64,000 nucleotides of DNA. Source: Gracilinanus agilis (Eukaryota). The stretch spans positions 211,572,747 to 211,636,746 of the forward strand of contig NC_058131.1 in NCBI RefSeq assembly GCF_016433145.1. Direction: 5' to 3'. Below are positions 24,690 through 37,350 of the stretch, piece by piece; the stretch's first letter is position 1; each line of letters starts with the position of its first letter. The translations under genes were made by a program, and so were the position numbers. The notes under the pieces were generated by a model, which was given only the letters and a program-made list of their open reading frames with translations, searched no databases and was not told the origin of the DNA.

Positions 24690-25010
24690 TTGGGCTACCA
24701 AGGAAGACTGTGTGGTACAGTGGAAAGACTGATGGATTTTAGCTTAGATCATCTGAAGGGTTCAAATCCTAGCCTCTCTCTGCTACTTAATACTATTCTA
24801 ATCTTGGGCAAATCACTGGAGTCAGGAAGATCTCAGTTCAAATCCAGCCTCAGACAGTTATTTGTTGTCTGATTCTGTGCAAATCCTTCAACTGTTTGCC
24901 TCAGTTTCCTCCTTTATAATACCTCCAAAGCCTGTTGTTAGTATCAAATGGGGTAATGATTTTAGGGTGCTTAATATAGCGCGTGGCACATGGTATGCAT
25001 CATTTTTATT
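24690..25010 (+). mobile_element. MIR-type SINE pieces (two heads in tandem)
   Basis: Two ggttcaaatcc-like B boxes followed by one CORE. Confidence 0.55.
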
Positions 25011-25164
25011 AGCTCTCTAGGTCTCATCAGCCTCTGAGGCGCTCTCCACCTCTAAATCTATGATCCCATGTAATATCCCTCATGTCCAAGAGCTTAGGTT
25101 GCCGGTAGGATTCACTGCGATACAAGACATTGCCAGGGCCACGCGCAGTAAAGAGGAATGAAGT

Positions 25165-25622
25165 CTTGTTCATGTTTTGTTTTCAGAGAACCAACAGCAT
25201 CCCAGAGTGATGTATTTACTGTGAGTTGGATTTAAGTGAGGCAGAATTGCCCCAAGTCATCGAGTGCTTCATTCTCTCTTCCAGTCATTGGCAAGTCCAG
25301 TGGCAAGACAAAAGCCAAGATGACTGGCAATGGCCCAGGATGTAGCGGGTGACTCCAGAGTCTTTGATGTCTGTCCAAGCTCTGGGTGCTCCACAGTACC
25401 TGCTTTCATCGCTTTGGTGGCCATTGGAACAAATCGTTCTTTGGAGACCTCAGTTCCCCTCCGCCTGCCAAAATGATTTTGCTGCCGTGAAGCTGCTGCA
25501 CTTGCTACAGCTTCTTGGAGTCCCAGGTGAGAGCTGGGCGGTAGGTAGACCCCAAAGGAGGAAATCGGTCCTGGAGAAGGTTCTGCAGACCCTTACACCA
25601 GAGGGCCTAGTCTTCCCTGAAT
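25165..25622 (-). mobile_element. RTE-related SINE (WALLSI-like)
   Basis: Colinear with 18415-18960 (ggatttaagtgaggcagaattgc; gctacagcttcttggagtcccaggtgagagctggg). Confidence 0.72.
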
Positions 25623-26014
25623 GAGGAACAAAGACACGCAGGGCCAAGCTTCTCAGGAACACGAGGTGCCAAAGTTGCCTTCTGCAAAGAAGTCTCGCCT
25701 GGCTCTCTTGCCCTGTTTTCTTTCAAGAAAGTCAGCTTATGAAAGAAATAAGCCAGCCCGTAAGAAACATCAGCATTTACCGATTGTTCCAGCAAACTCA
25801 GGAAGGGAGACTGTTGGCTGCAATCCCCACGATTACTGCTTGTTACCAGCCCCTCTAAGCTGCCCTGGCTCCCTTTTCAGGAAAAACACACTGAAAGCCA
25901 ATAATGGCATTCAATGACTACCTTAATGCTATAATTTTCTAGGTATAAAAGCATCAGGACCATTCTCAGCATCTTAAAGAACTGATGATTTAGGACAGGT
26001 TTCTTGGAAACCGC

Positions 26015-26222
26015 ATTTTTTTTTTTTTAAACCCTTACCATCCATCTTAGAATCTATACTGTGTATTGATTCCAAGGCAGAAGAGAGGTAAGAGCCAGGC
26101 AGTGGGGAGGTCAGTGACTTGCCAAGGTTGCACAGATAGGAAGTGTCTGAGGCCAGATTTGAATCCAGGATCTTGTGTTTCTAAGCCTGGCTCTGAATCC
26201 ACTGAGCTACCTTGCTTCTCCC
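26015..26222 (-). mobile_element. SINE1-like copy
   Basis: Poly(T)-aaacccttacc...tgtctgaggccagatttgaatcc; degenerate TSD gaaaccgcatttt / gaaacagcctttt. Confidence 0.88.
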
Positions 26223-26519
26223 AGAAACAGCCTTTTGAGTGATAATCCAGCATAGTGTAAAATGAAGACATTAGCCTGAAAAGGTCATGTCCTACCGTCT
26301 GCCTTGGCTGAATCCCTGCTGATTCAGCTGAGAGTCTGAGGTTTCTTTTCCCTAAGATATAGGCAGAGTAAAAAAAAAAATCTGGAAATCCAATGTAGTG
26401 CTCCTAATTGTGGACACGAAGACACCAGAGTGCTTAGAGGCTCCTGTCTGTCACCTCTTTGACACATCTGCAACAGGAGCAACACTGGGCAAGGTTTCAG
26501 AAGGATAAGTTTGAGTCCC

Positions 26520-26880
26520 AGCACAAGTAGCTGTGGGATCCCCCAGATGTGTCACTTTGGGGCTCTGAGAAGTTGTTTCCTTACCTGTAAAATGGGGGTG
26601 TGAAAAAGGATGCTTGCCCTGCCTGTCTCACAGAGTTGGGAGCACAGGGTCTGGCACATAGTAGGCATTTAATAATTGTTTATTTACTATTTATTGACTT
26701 TGTTGTTGTTCATTTGTTTCAGTTGTATTTGATTTATCATGACCCCACTTGGGCTTTTCTTGGCAAAGATATGGAAGTAGTTTGCCACTCCAGCTCATTT
26801 TACAGATGAGGAAACTGAGGCAAACAAGGTTAAGTGACTTGTCTAGGTTCACACAGCTAGTGTCTATCTTACTGATGACA
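26520..26880. mobile_element. MIR (+) abutting MAR1 fragment (-)
   Basis: gtttccttacctgtaaaatgggg then ttttcttggcaaagatatggaag...ttttacagatgaggaaactgagg. Confidence 0.7.
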
Positions 26881-27489
26881 TTTACTAACAAATGTTTATT
26901 GACTATTGTGAGAGTCAAATGAGAAAATGGATGTTAAGGGCTTTGTAATCAAAAGATGCTATATCAATATGATGTTGACAAGATGGTAAAGTGAGGAGAG
27001 CCCTGTGGCTTGGAGTGAGACCTCATGGGTTCAATCCCAACCCTCTCCACACTGAGTGTGTGGTCTTTCCCTCTCTGGGTCTCAGATTCCTAACCCATAA
27101 AATGAGGGAGGTGAATTTGATGTTCTTTAAGATCCCTTCTGGCTCTAAGTCTGTGGTTTGCCGCCTGATATCATGAGAAGGACCCAGGCTTTCGAAACCC
27201 AGGCCCCAGGTTCAGATCCCTGAAATGTTTTTTACTGAGCCTTCTTTCTCACTTTAAACTCTGTGACCCCATTGTTATCTGATTACCCACCACACACAAG
27301 TTAAGCCTTCAGAGGCAAGGCAGTAGGGAAAAAAATGAGTTAGAGAAAACATTTTCAACTGAGCTTTCATTTTTTATTTATATTGAAATTTGGTCCATGT
27401 TCTTTAGCTGAGTCCTATTCTCAATCATTTCACATACCCTCCCTTACCTAATTATTCCACTTTACCTTCTTGGTTTATATATTTGTTCC

Positions 27490-27914
27490 NNNNNNNNNNN
27501 NNNNNNNNNNNNNNNNNNNNNNNNNNNNNNNNNNNNNNNNNNNNNNNNNNNNNNNNNNNNNNNNNNNNNNNNNNNNNNNNNNNNNNNNNNNNNNNNNNNN
27601 NNNNNNNNNNNNNNNNNNNNNNNNNNNNNNNNNNNNNNNNNNNNNNNNNNNNNNNNNNNNNNNNNNNNNNNNNNNNNNNNNNNNNNNNNNNNNNNNNNNN
27701 NNNNNNNNNNNNNNNNNNNNNNNNNNNNNNNNNNNNNNNNNNNNNNNNNNNNNNNNNNNNNNNNNNNNNNNNNNNNNNNNNNNNNNNNNNNNNNNNNNNN
27801 NNNNNNNNNNNNNNNNNNNNNNNNNNNNNNNNNNNNNNNNNNNNNNNNNNNNNNNNNNNNNNNNNNNNNNNNNNNNNNNNNNNNNNNNNNNNNNNNNNNN
27901 NNNNNNNNNNNNNN
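27490..27914. other. Assembly gap (425 N)
   Basis: Run of N; right flank is a TC/TCTG simple repeat. Confidence 0.99.
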
Positions 27915-28030
27915 TACCTTTCTGTCTCTGTCTATCTCTGTCTCTGTCTGTCTCTCTTTCTTTGTCTCTCTCTCTCTTTCTCTCTCTGTCTCTGTCTCTC
28001 TTTGTCTCTGTCTCTCTGTCTCTGTCCTCC
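27915..28030. repeat. (TC/TCTG)n simple repeat
   Basis: Compound pyrimidine repeat. Confidence 0.9.
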
Positions 28031-28323
28031 CCATGGGTCACACATACATATGAATCCCTGGGACTTGTTTGCCTGATGATGTGATGATCTGATGAACAGT
28101 TTCCAAAGGCCTCTTCTTTTGTTTCAAGAGAAACCACTGCAGGGACTTTCTAGAACTTAGGTCCAAATCCCATTGCCCTGAAACGGAGCTGAAACCCTTT
28201 ATGTAAAAGACTCTGGGGCGATGGAAGGGTATCAGTTCTTCTCACCCATTTTGGCCTTCCTTCCCTTCACTCTGGCTTAGGGAAAGCTTCTGTCCGCCAG
28301 ACCTTGTCTGAGACATGAGAGCA

Positions 28324-28801
28324 CAGGTATCCCTTCCACAATCGTAGGGGTTGGGGCAAGGCGACCCCTCAATCTGGAAAATCCTCATGAAAGTTTTTGA
28401 CCCTCCCTTTTTACCAGAGAAGAAGTCTAAATTTTTCCTATTTCTTTTATGGGGTGTTTACAGTACTTTCTATGCACTTATGCGTTACTAAACTTTTAAA
28501 GATACCTCTACATTTCTAGCCTTTGTATGTCATCCGCTGGCTTTCACGTTCTTTTCATAAACTTTAACTTTTTACTTATTTTAACTTTCAAGAAGAAATT
28601 TGTGTATATTGATGGTATTAAAAGATACTTGTGAGGATAATTTCATACAATTCTATCCACATATTTTACACATTTCTGAGTTTCTAAACTTTTTCTGTAT
28701 TGTCTGCTGGCTTCCCTCCAAATTCCCATTAAATTTCTTTTGCCAACCTGTGACATATAGAAACTGCAACGGGGTAAGTTGGGATGTGGAAGGGATACCT
28801 G
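28324..28801. mobile_element. Tc1/mariner (Tigger/pogo-like) non-autonomous element, 478 bp
   Basis: Perfect 17-bp TIR CAGGTATCCCTTCCACA / TGTGGAAGGGATACCTG; TA on the right flank, CA on the left (one transition from TA). Confidence 0.9.
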
Positions 28802-29129
28802 TATTTAGAGACAGAAGAGAACTCAGAGGCTATAGGGGCCCAACCCCTGCCCCCTCATTTTACCAAGGAAGAAACTCAGGCCCAGAGAGGGAAAGTCACC
28901 AGCTCAGGGCCACCCAGGTAATAAGTGGGAGAACTGGCTTTTGATCCTAGATCTTCTAACTTCAAATCAGTGGTTTTCTCATTATCCTGATTGTACTAAT
29001 TCATGGGAGAGATACAAAAAGACACCATACCTGCCCTCAAAATGCCTGTTGTCTATGAGAGGAAACTTTACTATGCCTTCTATAGTTAAGAATGGAGGGA
29101 AATACAAAGAAGATATAATAAGAATAATA

Positions 29130-29430
29130 ATAGCTGGCATTTGTATAATGCCTACTATGTGCCAGTGCTTTCTTTTATATTATTAATTAATTTATATTTT
29201 TATCCCATTTATTTATATATCCCAATTATTATCCCATTTGATCCTTTCAACAACCGTAGGAGATGAAATTATTGTCTCCATTATACAGATAAGGAAAAAG
29301 AGGCAATCAGAAGTGACTTGCCTAAGATCACTTAGCTAGTTAAGTGTCTGTGTAAGTGAGACTGGATATGAACTCCTATCTTCCTGACTCCAGGCCCAGC
29401 CCTCTATCTATCTATTGCACTAGCTAGCTG
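29130..29430 (-). mobile_element. MIR
   Basis: aatgcctactatgtgccagtgc...ttatacagataaggaaaaagagg...gaactcctatcttcctgactcc. Confidence 0.78.
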
Positions 29431-30292
29431 TCCTATAATGTGACATGGCCTCTTTACTGAAGGTGCCTAGAGTCTGATGGGGGGGAATCAAGGAAAGGAA
29501 TCCTTTCCTTGTGACTTATAACCTGCCTAAACTTGGGCAAGTCAATTAACCTGAGCAGCAGTTTCTTCATATGACTACCAAGAAAGCTGAAGACACAGAG
29601 AAATGCCCCATACACAGCAAAAATATTTATAGCAGCATTTTTTTGTAATAGCAAGAAATGAATAAAAGTCTATTAATAATCAATAAAGAGGATGCTAAAG
29701 AAGACATTAAAATGAAACAAAGTCAAATTGTTAGGCTAGATGGCCTTTAAAAGCTCTTCATGCTCTAAATCTATATGATCTGAAGCTATTAAGTTCAGAA
29801 GCAGTTAAGAGAAAGAGAGAGAACATTTTCAGTTTTGCCACTGAAGGTGGGCATCATGAAGAGGCATGGGGTATTGAGTCCTAAAGGATCCAAATTAATG
29901 AGATCATAATCTAAGGCAGGTGGCCTTAACCTCTTTTTTGAGGCATGGCCCTTTTGGGCAGTTTGTGGAAACCTATTGGCTCCTTCTGAGAATGTTTTTA
30001 AATGCATAAAACACAAAGAATTACAAAGAAAACAAATTATGTTAAAATAAAATAAAAATGTTCTTACATCACCTCTTACCACCTCTTTCCCCTACTCTTT
30101 TCTCGACTCCCTCTTTCTGTCTTCATTCCACCTCCCTCTCTCTCCTCCTTTACCTTTCTCCTCCCTCTCTGTCTCTCCTTCCCTCTTTCTCTCTCCCCCT
30201 TTCTTTCTCCTTCCAACTCTCCTCATTTCCTTCTTCCTCTTTCTTCCTCCTTCCCTCCCTGTCTTTCTACCACTGTCTCCCCCTCCTTTCTC

Positions 30293-30606
30293 NNNNNNNN
30301 NNNNNNNNNNNNNNNNNNNNNNNNNNNNNNNNNNNNNNNNNNNNNNNNNNNNNNNNNNNNNNNNNNNNNNNNNNNNNNNNNNNNNNNNNNNNNNNNNNNN
30401 NNNNNNNNNNNNNNNNNNNNNNNNNNNNNNNNNNNNNNNNNNNNNNNNNNNNNNNNNNNNNNNNNNNNNNNNNNNNNNNNNNNNNNNNNNNNNNNNNNNN
30501 NNNNNNNNNNNNNNNNNNNNNNNNNNNNNNNNNNNNNNNNNNNNNNNNNNNNNNNNNNNNNNNNNNNNNNNNNNNNNNNNNNNNNNNNNNNNNNNNNNNN
30601 NNNNNN
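30293..30606. other. Assembly gap (314 N)
   Basis: Run of N inside a polypyrimidine tract. Confidence 0.99.
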
Positions 30607-30675
30607 TTCTTCTTCTTCTTCTTCTTCTTCTTCTTCTTCTTCTTCTTCTTCTTCTTCTTCTTCTTCTTCTTCTTC
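30607..30675. repeat. (TTC)23 triplet repeat within CT-rich tract (about 30085-30797)
   Basis: 23 perfect TTC units directly after the gap. Confidence 0.95.
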
Positions 30676-31539
30676 CCCTGTCTCCCCCCTTCCCTGCCTT
30701 TCTCCCATACTTCTGTGTCTTTTCTCCTCTCTCTGTCTCTCTCTCCCTTCCCATCTCTCCTCTCTCTTTTTCTTTCTATCTCCCTACCCCCTTCTCCTTT
30801 GGCGCATTCAAAGATCTGAGTTCATCAACCTCCTGAAATCTATCAGTGAACCACTTGAAGGGTCGTGGATCCCAGGTTAAAAACCCTTGTTCTAAGGGAA
30901 GTAGGGGAAAAATATAAGAAAATCAACCAATTGATCAATATTAAGAATTTACTAATATTCTTGGCACTGAGCTACAAATACAAGTAAAATCAGACAGTTT
31001 TGTAGTCCTTAAGGAGCTTACAAACCAATAGAAAAGACAACAATCAAGACTAAGAGAATCCTGGAATAGATGAGTCAGACCAGAGCAGACACTTTGTCAG
31101 AGTAGTAGCAAAGGATAAGGTTAGGGCTTTGTTTTTGAGGGAGATGGCACTTTTTTTACCTAGTACCTAGTTGTCTTTCACCAGGGTAGTTTTCTGGGCT
31201 GCTGTGTGGGAGGAATGTCATATTCAATTGATGTCTGGCAGATGAAAGCACCTGAGACACTAGGCTTTCTAGACTGGGTCAAACACAAAGTCCATCTCAT
31301 CAGTCCTCAGTAAAGCACTAAATTGGACTCCATCCTCAATGGAAGTGACTTGTGGACACAGGGAGCTGTCCCAGAAACCAAATGAGATGAAAAGGTACCA
31401 ATTAGAGGCTAGCCTGCCCTCCCATATTTCTACCTGAGTTGGACTTAAGTGTATTGTGTATGACCCCAGTCTTCAACCCAAACTTGAACAAGCATTCCCT
31501 CTCTCCATTATCTTTGAAAATGGTCATTAAGCCTTTGTT

Positions 31540-31720
31540 TGAAGATTGTCAGACAACTGCCTCCCAAGAAAGCTCATTCCTTTTCTGGACAACTTTACTA
31601 ATTATTTTTCTGTTTATTAAGCCTTCATTTGCATTTTTTTGCAGCTTCCATCCTTTGTTCTAATTCTGTCCTCTGGGGCCATGCAAAATAAATGTCTTTC
31701 ATGTGACAGCCTTAAAGTGT
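31540..31720 (-). mobile_element. CR1/L3 3' fragment
   Basis: gaaagctcattccttttctggacaact...tttgttctaattctgtcctctggggcc...catgtgacagcctt. Confidence 0.65.
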
Positions 31721-32335
31721 TCTATTGTCATTGTTTTTGGTCCAACTCTGCAATTTCATTGATTCTCCATGTGGACTCTCTCCCTACCCTTGCAGATTTG
31801 CCACTTTTCTGTAACTGTCTGAAAATTGTTGGAGGCACTGAAAAATTAAGTAACTTGTCAGAGGTTTTACAGCAAGTACATGTCAGAAAGACTAGCTCAC
31901 GATGCAAAACATTGGAATGGTCATCAATAATTAAAATTAAATGCTTATTGACTGACATCTTCAAAAAAACCTAAATTCTTTATTTCAGAAATGTGAGCAC
32001 AAATTCCATGAACGTTAAATTGGAGAAACTATGCATATGTTAAATCCAGACACTGGTAACATGGCACCATTGTGAGGAAGGGATAGGCTGCTAATGGAAG
32101 GAATTTCAAAGGTCCTCCTGAGTGCCTGATGGAAGAAACCAAGGAAGGCCCAGAAGAACAAAGTGAAATTCTGCCCCTGGCAGGGAAGGAATCAGAGATT
32201 ATAAATAAGAAAGTTATATTATTCATTGGTTACACGAAAGTTTGAAAATGTATGATTATCCTTCAAGAGAGACAACTGAGTTCAAATCCAGATTCTGCTG
32301 CTCAATAACTGTGATTTCAAACAAACCACTTAACC

Positions 32336-32587
32336 TGAACAGAAGCAGGAGAATAATTCATACAGTAAGAACAATGTGGTAAAGAAAAATAACTTGAAAA
32401 GCTCTCAGTGCTCTGATCAATGCACTGACAACCCATTCTTTCTATACAACCAAAAACCAAGCTCCTCCTGACAAAGAGGCAATGGACTCAGAATGCAGAA
32501 TGAGAGCAGACATTTTAGGACATAACCAGAGTAGGAATTTATTTTGCTGAACTATGCACATATTTTTGTTTTAAATTCAATTATGGA
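32336..32587 (+). mobile_element. Old marsupial L1 3'UTR fragment (continues about 35079-35140)
   Basis: cctcctgacaaagaggcaatggactcagaatgcagaatgagag...tttattttgctgaactatgcac. Confidence 0.65.
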
Positions 32588-34713
32588 CCAGGTGGGATTT
32601 ATACCAGGAATGCAAGGATGGTTCAATATTAGGAAAACCATTCACATAATTGACCATATCAACAAGCAAACCAACAAAAATCATATGATTATCTCAATAG
32701 ATGCTGAAAAAGCCTTTGGCAAAATACAACACCCATTCCTACTGAAAACACTAGAAAGTATAGGAATAGAAGGGCCTTTCCTAAAAACAATAAATGGTAT
32801 ATATCTAAAACCATCAACAAACATCATCTGCAATGGGGATAAACTAGAAGCCTTCCCAACAAGATCAGGAGTGAAACAAGGATGCCCGTTGTCACCTCTA
32901 TTATTTAACATTGTACTAGAAACACTAGCAGTAGCAATTAGAGAAGAAAAAGAAATTGAAGGTATTAAAATAGGCAATGAGGAGACTAAGCTATCACTCT
33001 TTGCAGATGATATGATGGTCTACTTAAAAAATCCTAGAGAATCAACTAAAAAGCTAGTGGAAATAATCAACAACTTTAGCAAAGTTGCAGGATACAAAAT
33101 AAACACACATAAATCATCAGCATTTCTATATATTTCCAATACATTGCAGCAGCAAGAGTTAGAGAGAGAAATCCCATTTAAAATCACCCTAGACAATATA
33201 AAATACTTAGGAATCTATCTGCCAAGACACAGGAATGATATGAACACAACTACAAAACCCTTTCCACACAATTAAAACTAGATCTAAACAATTGGGAAAA
33301 CATTGATTGCTCATGGGTAGGATGAGCTAACATAATAAAAATGATCATCCTACCCAAATTAATTTACTTATTTAGTGCTATACCTATCAAACTACTAAAA
33401 AACTTTTTTGCTGAATTAGAAAAAACTATAAGAAAGTTCATTTGGAAGAACAAAAGACCAAGAATATCAAGGGAAATAATGAAAAAAATTATGAAGGAAG
33501 GTGGCCTTAGCAGTACCAGATCTTAAACTGTACTATAAAGCAGCAGTCATCAAAACGTTATGGTACTGATGAAGAGACAGAAGAGAGGATCAGTGGAATA
33601 GACTTGGGGTAAGTGGCCTCAGCAAGACAGTCTATGATAAAGACAAAGAGCCCAACTTTTGGGACAAAAATCCACTATCTGACAAAAACTGCTGAGAAAA
33701 TTGGAAAACAATATGGGAAAGATTAGGTTTAGATCAATGTCTCACACCCTATACCAAGATAAATCCAGAATGGGTGAATGACTTGAATATAAAGAAGGAA
33801 ACTATGAGAAAATTAGGCGAACACAGAATAGTATACTTGTCAGATCTCTGGGAAAGGAAAGATTTTAAAACCAAGCAAGAGTTAGAAAAAATTACAAAAT
33901 ATAAAATAAATAATTTCAATTACATTAAATTAAAAAGGTTTTGTACAAACAAAAACAATGCAACTAAAATCAGAAGGGAAACAACAAACGGGGAAAAAAT
34001 CTTTATAACAAAAAACTCTGACAGGGGTCTAATTACTCAAATATACAAGTATTTAAATCAATTGTATAAAAAAATCAAGCCATTCCCCAATAGATAAATG
34101 GGCAAGGGACATGTATAGGCAATTCTCAGATAAAGAAATCAAAACTATCTATAAGCACATGAGAAAGTGGTCTAAATCTCTAATAATTAGAGAAATGCAA
34201 ATTAAAACAATTCTGAGGTACCACCTCACCCGTAGCAGATTAGCTAACATGACAGCAAAGGAAAGTGGTGAATGTTGGAGGGGATATGGCAAAATTGGGA
34301 CATTAATGCACTGCTGGTAGAGTTGTAAATTGATCTAACCATTCTGGATGGCAATTTGGAACTATGCCCAAAGGGATCTAAAAGACTGTCTGTCCTTTGA
34401 TCCAGCCATAGCACTGCTGGGTTTATATCTCGAAGAGATCATAGGAAAAAAGACTTGTACAAAAATATTTATAGCCACACTTTTTGTGGTAGCAAAAAAT
34501 AGGAAAATGAGGGTATGCCCTTCAATTGGGGAATGGCTCAACAAATTGTGGTATCTTTTGGTGATGGAATACTATTGTGCTCAAAGGAATAAAGAACTGG
34601 AGGAATTCCATGTGAACTGGAATGACCTCCAGGAATTGATGCAGAGTGAAAGGAGCAGAACCAGGAGAACATTGTACACAGAGACTGATACACTGTGGTA
34701 CAATCGAACATGA
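32588..34713 (+). pseudogene. Disrupted L1 ORF2 (reverse transcriptase and C-terminal Cys/His domain)
   Basis: ORF-track peptides contain [32 protein letters not shown] and CWRGYGKIGTLMHCW, spread over five frame-broken pieces. Confidence 0.95.
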
Positions 34714-35062
34714 CGGACTTCTCTTCTAGCAGCAATGCAATGATCCAGAGCAAGGCTGAGGGACTTATGAGAAAGAAAAATAGCCACATTCAGAGGAAGA
34801 GCTGTGGGAGTAGAAACACAGACAAAAAACAACTGCTTGAACACTTGGGCTGATGGGGATATGATTGGGGATGTAGATACTAAACGATAACTCTGGTCCA
34901 ACTATCAATAATATGGAATTAGGTCTTAATCAATGATACATACAAAAACCAGTGGAATTGTACATCGGCTACAGGGGGTTGGGGGGGAGAAGGGGGAGAG
35001 GGAAAGAACATGAAACATGTAACTTTGGGAAAATACTCGAAATTAAAAAATAAATTAAAAAA
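32588..35062 (+). mobile_element. 5'-truncated LINE-1, about 2.5 kb
   Basis: ORF2 fragments, 3'UTR with G-rich tract and A-rich tail; 16-bp TSD TAAATTCA(A/G)TTATGGA at 32572-32587 and 35063-35078. Confidence 0.96.
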
Positions 35063-35289
35063 TAAATTCAGTTATGGAGGGTGAGTAGAAGAGGAGTAAG
35101 GAGAAGTCTATTGAAAGAAAATAAATGATTGATATTTCGAGAAAGAAAAGCCAGCATAAGTCACGACTGAAGAATGAAAGTTTGCCTGAGTCGTTGAGTC
35201 CCCTGATATTATCTAAAAGGAGCAATGTGTTGAACTACTATCAGTCACTAACATTGTAATGCCAGTTTATCCTAAGAGATGTTGTGAGG

Positions 35290-35480
35290 CGATGTGGTCT
35301 AAGTGGAAAGATCATTGGACTTGAAGTCTGGAAAGATCTAGATTTGAATCTTCAAATTCTATCTTTATTACTAGTTGTGTGATCATGGGCAAGTCACAAC
35401 TTCTGAATTTCAGTTTCCTCATCCATAAGATGGAAATAATAATGGCATCTATTGACTTTATGTACTTATAAGGACCAAAT
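35290..35480 (+). mobile_element. MIR
   Basis: gggcaagtcacaacttctgaatttcagtttcctcatccataagatgg. Confidence 0.72.
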
Positions 35481-35629
35481 GAGACTTTAAATATATATGT
35501 AATAGATAATATTTATGTATTTACATATAAATATATTATATCACAAGGTATAACTATACACATAAATATATACATGTTTATGATTTGTGATGTAATGTTT
35601 TATAAACCTTAAAGTCTATATAAATGTTT

Positions 35630-36150
35630 TTGTTCTAGAACTATCATTTAATCTGTACAGGAAACTCCCTGATGAGGAAACTCTTTCTACCAGTGAAGAT
35701 GAGCAATTCTACTGAAACTTATCATCTTAGTGAGTTACCTGGGACACTGACAGGTTGGGTAAGTGACTTGCCCAAGGTCATACAGCCAATATATATCAGA
35801 GATGGCACATGAACCGAGGTGAGGATTAGCTCCTATACTCTATGTCATGCTGTCTTTTATAAGAGGAGGAGATTCTTGCCCTTATAGAGCATACAATTTT
35901 ATGAGCAGATAAGACACATATGTAAATATCTATAATATATGACATTACATTAATAGTAACAGAAGTGCATAATAAAGTATCATATAAGGTCTCATAGGAA
36001 AGATTGCTATGGTTTCTTTGGACCAGGACGGTAAAGGAGGAGCTTCCTGGAGGAGGTGGCATTTGAATTGGACATTTAAAAATGCCCAAGACTTCAATAG
36101 CTAAAGGCAGGGTGGAAGGAAATTCTAGTCATAGTAGAAATAATATAAAT
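35630..36150 (-). mobile_element. MIR-type SINE followed by L2 fragment
   Basis: gggtaagtgacttgcccaaggtcatacagc; ggagcttcctggaggaggtggcatttgaattgg. Confidence 0.6.
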
Positions 36151-36599
36151 AATGACACAAATGTGGAAAGGTATTAGGATAGTTTGGATATTTTTAAAAA
36201 AGCACTTCACTTTTAAGGGGAACACAGAGTGGCATGGATGGGGGAAACAGCAGAGAGAAGTCCAGGAAATGGTTTAGATGAAGCGCTGTAAGGGTAAATA
36301 TATATAAAAAACCAACTTGTTGACAAAAAGAAATTAGGAACCTGAAATAACCACAAGGTCATTTTCATTTATTAAAATATATTTAACTAGGATAAATCAT
36401 CCTGGCACAGAGGGGACCCTGGATACTCAAAAGCTACGGTGAAATGACACAAACTCTATCAGATTTTTACTGTGCTGGAAAGACTTGAAGTATAGTCATG
36501 GAGGCAGGCTGCATCTGCTTTTTGAAACACATTCTAGCTATAGTGGGTCCAATGAGAGGTTCATCACCAATAGGCTGGGGACTAGGTAAGGAGATAGAA

Positions 36600-37350
36600 G
36601 AGCTGCTTCATTCTTACATTGTTTTTGTTTACCTTTGCTCTAAAGATGAAAAGCAAAAGTGATTAACAGAGAATTGATATCTAAGATAAGAAAAGAGATA
36701 GTTGCTCTGGATGAACTCACATCACTTGACCAAGAAAAATTGTATGGTGAGCTCTGCAAAATGCAATATAAATGCAATATAAATATAAATATAAATATAA
36801 AATGCAATATAAATCTCATAAAAATCACCCAGTTTATGGGGAAAATGGGGTTAGGGAAAATAGCATTCAAAAATTCATCAGACACAAAAAAGATAGGAAC
36901 TTAGGTGGCTCAGTGGATAGAGAGCCAGGCCTGGAGATGGGAGGTCCTAATTTATTTCCTTTGTTGGTGTTGTTGTTGTTGTTTTAACAGCATTACTGAA
37001 TAAGTAGATGAGAGGAATTATGATTTATCTAGATTTCAGCAAAGGTTTTGATAAACTATTCTGTGTTTGTCTTAAAGAGAAAATGGAGAGAAGTGGGCTA
37101 GATTAGTGGTATCAAACTCAAACAGAAACAGGGACCAATATAGTACATATTAGGATACCTTTAGGTGCATATTGACTTAGAAAACCACAAATTAACATTA
37201 CTTGTGTTCTATTGTATGTCTCAAAAATATTTCTTGATTGTAATTTAATCTGATTGGGCTATTTACTGGCAGTATATTTGATACCTCTGTTCTTCATAGA
37301 GGATGACTACTAAAATCCCTTCCACCTCTCAAATTCCATGATTTTGTGAA
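36600..37350 (+). mobile_element. Fragmented CR1/L3 pieces with embedded (ATATAA)n, SINE1 head (36895-36950) and MITE
   Basis: gatttatctagatttcagcaaaggttttgataa (CR1 RT region); cccttccacctctcaaattccatgatt tail. Confidence 0.55.
37104..37289. mobile_element. Old hAT MITE (MER63_Marsup-like), second copy
   Basis: tagtggtatcaaactcaaacagaaac...gcatattgacttagaaaaccac...tttgatacctctg. Confidence 0.7.

Larger units (their letters stand above)
29914..30889. mobile_element. Charlie4-like hAT MITE split by CT-rich tract and gap (parts about 29914-30060 and 30810-30889)
   Basis: Left part matches 9530 copy (ggaaacctattgg...aatgtttttaaatgcataaaa); right part ends ggatcccaggttaaaaacccttg. Confidence 0.62.

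Noticed and set aside
25621-25917. 98-aa ORF MRNKDTQG...
   Set aside because: Starts at the end of an RTE-type SINE, no recognisable domain, no splice context; within chance expectation.
27462-28137. Long ORFs (190-220 aa) in the ORF track
   Set aside because: Artefacts of reading through N gaps and simple repeats; the same applies to 30058-30819 and 45051-45476.
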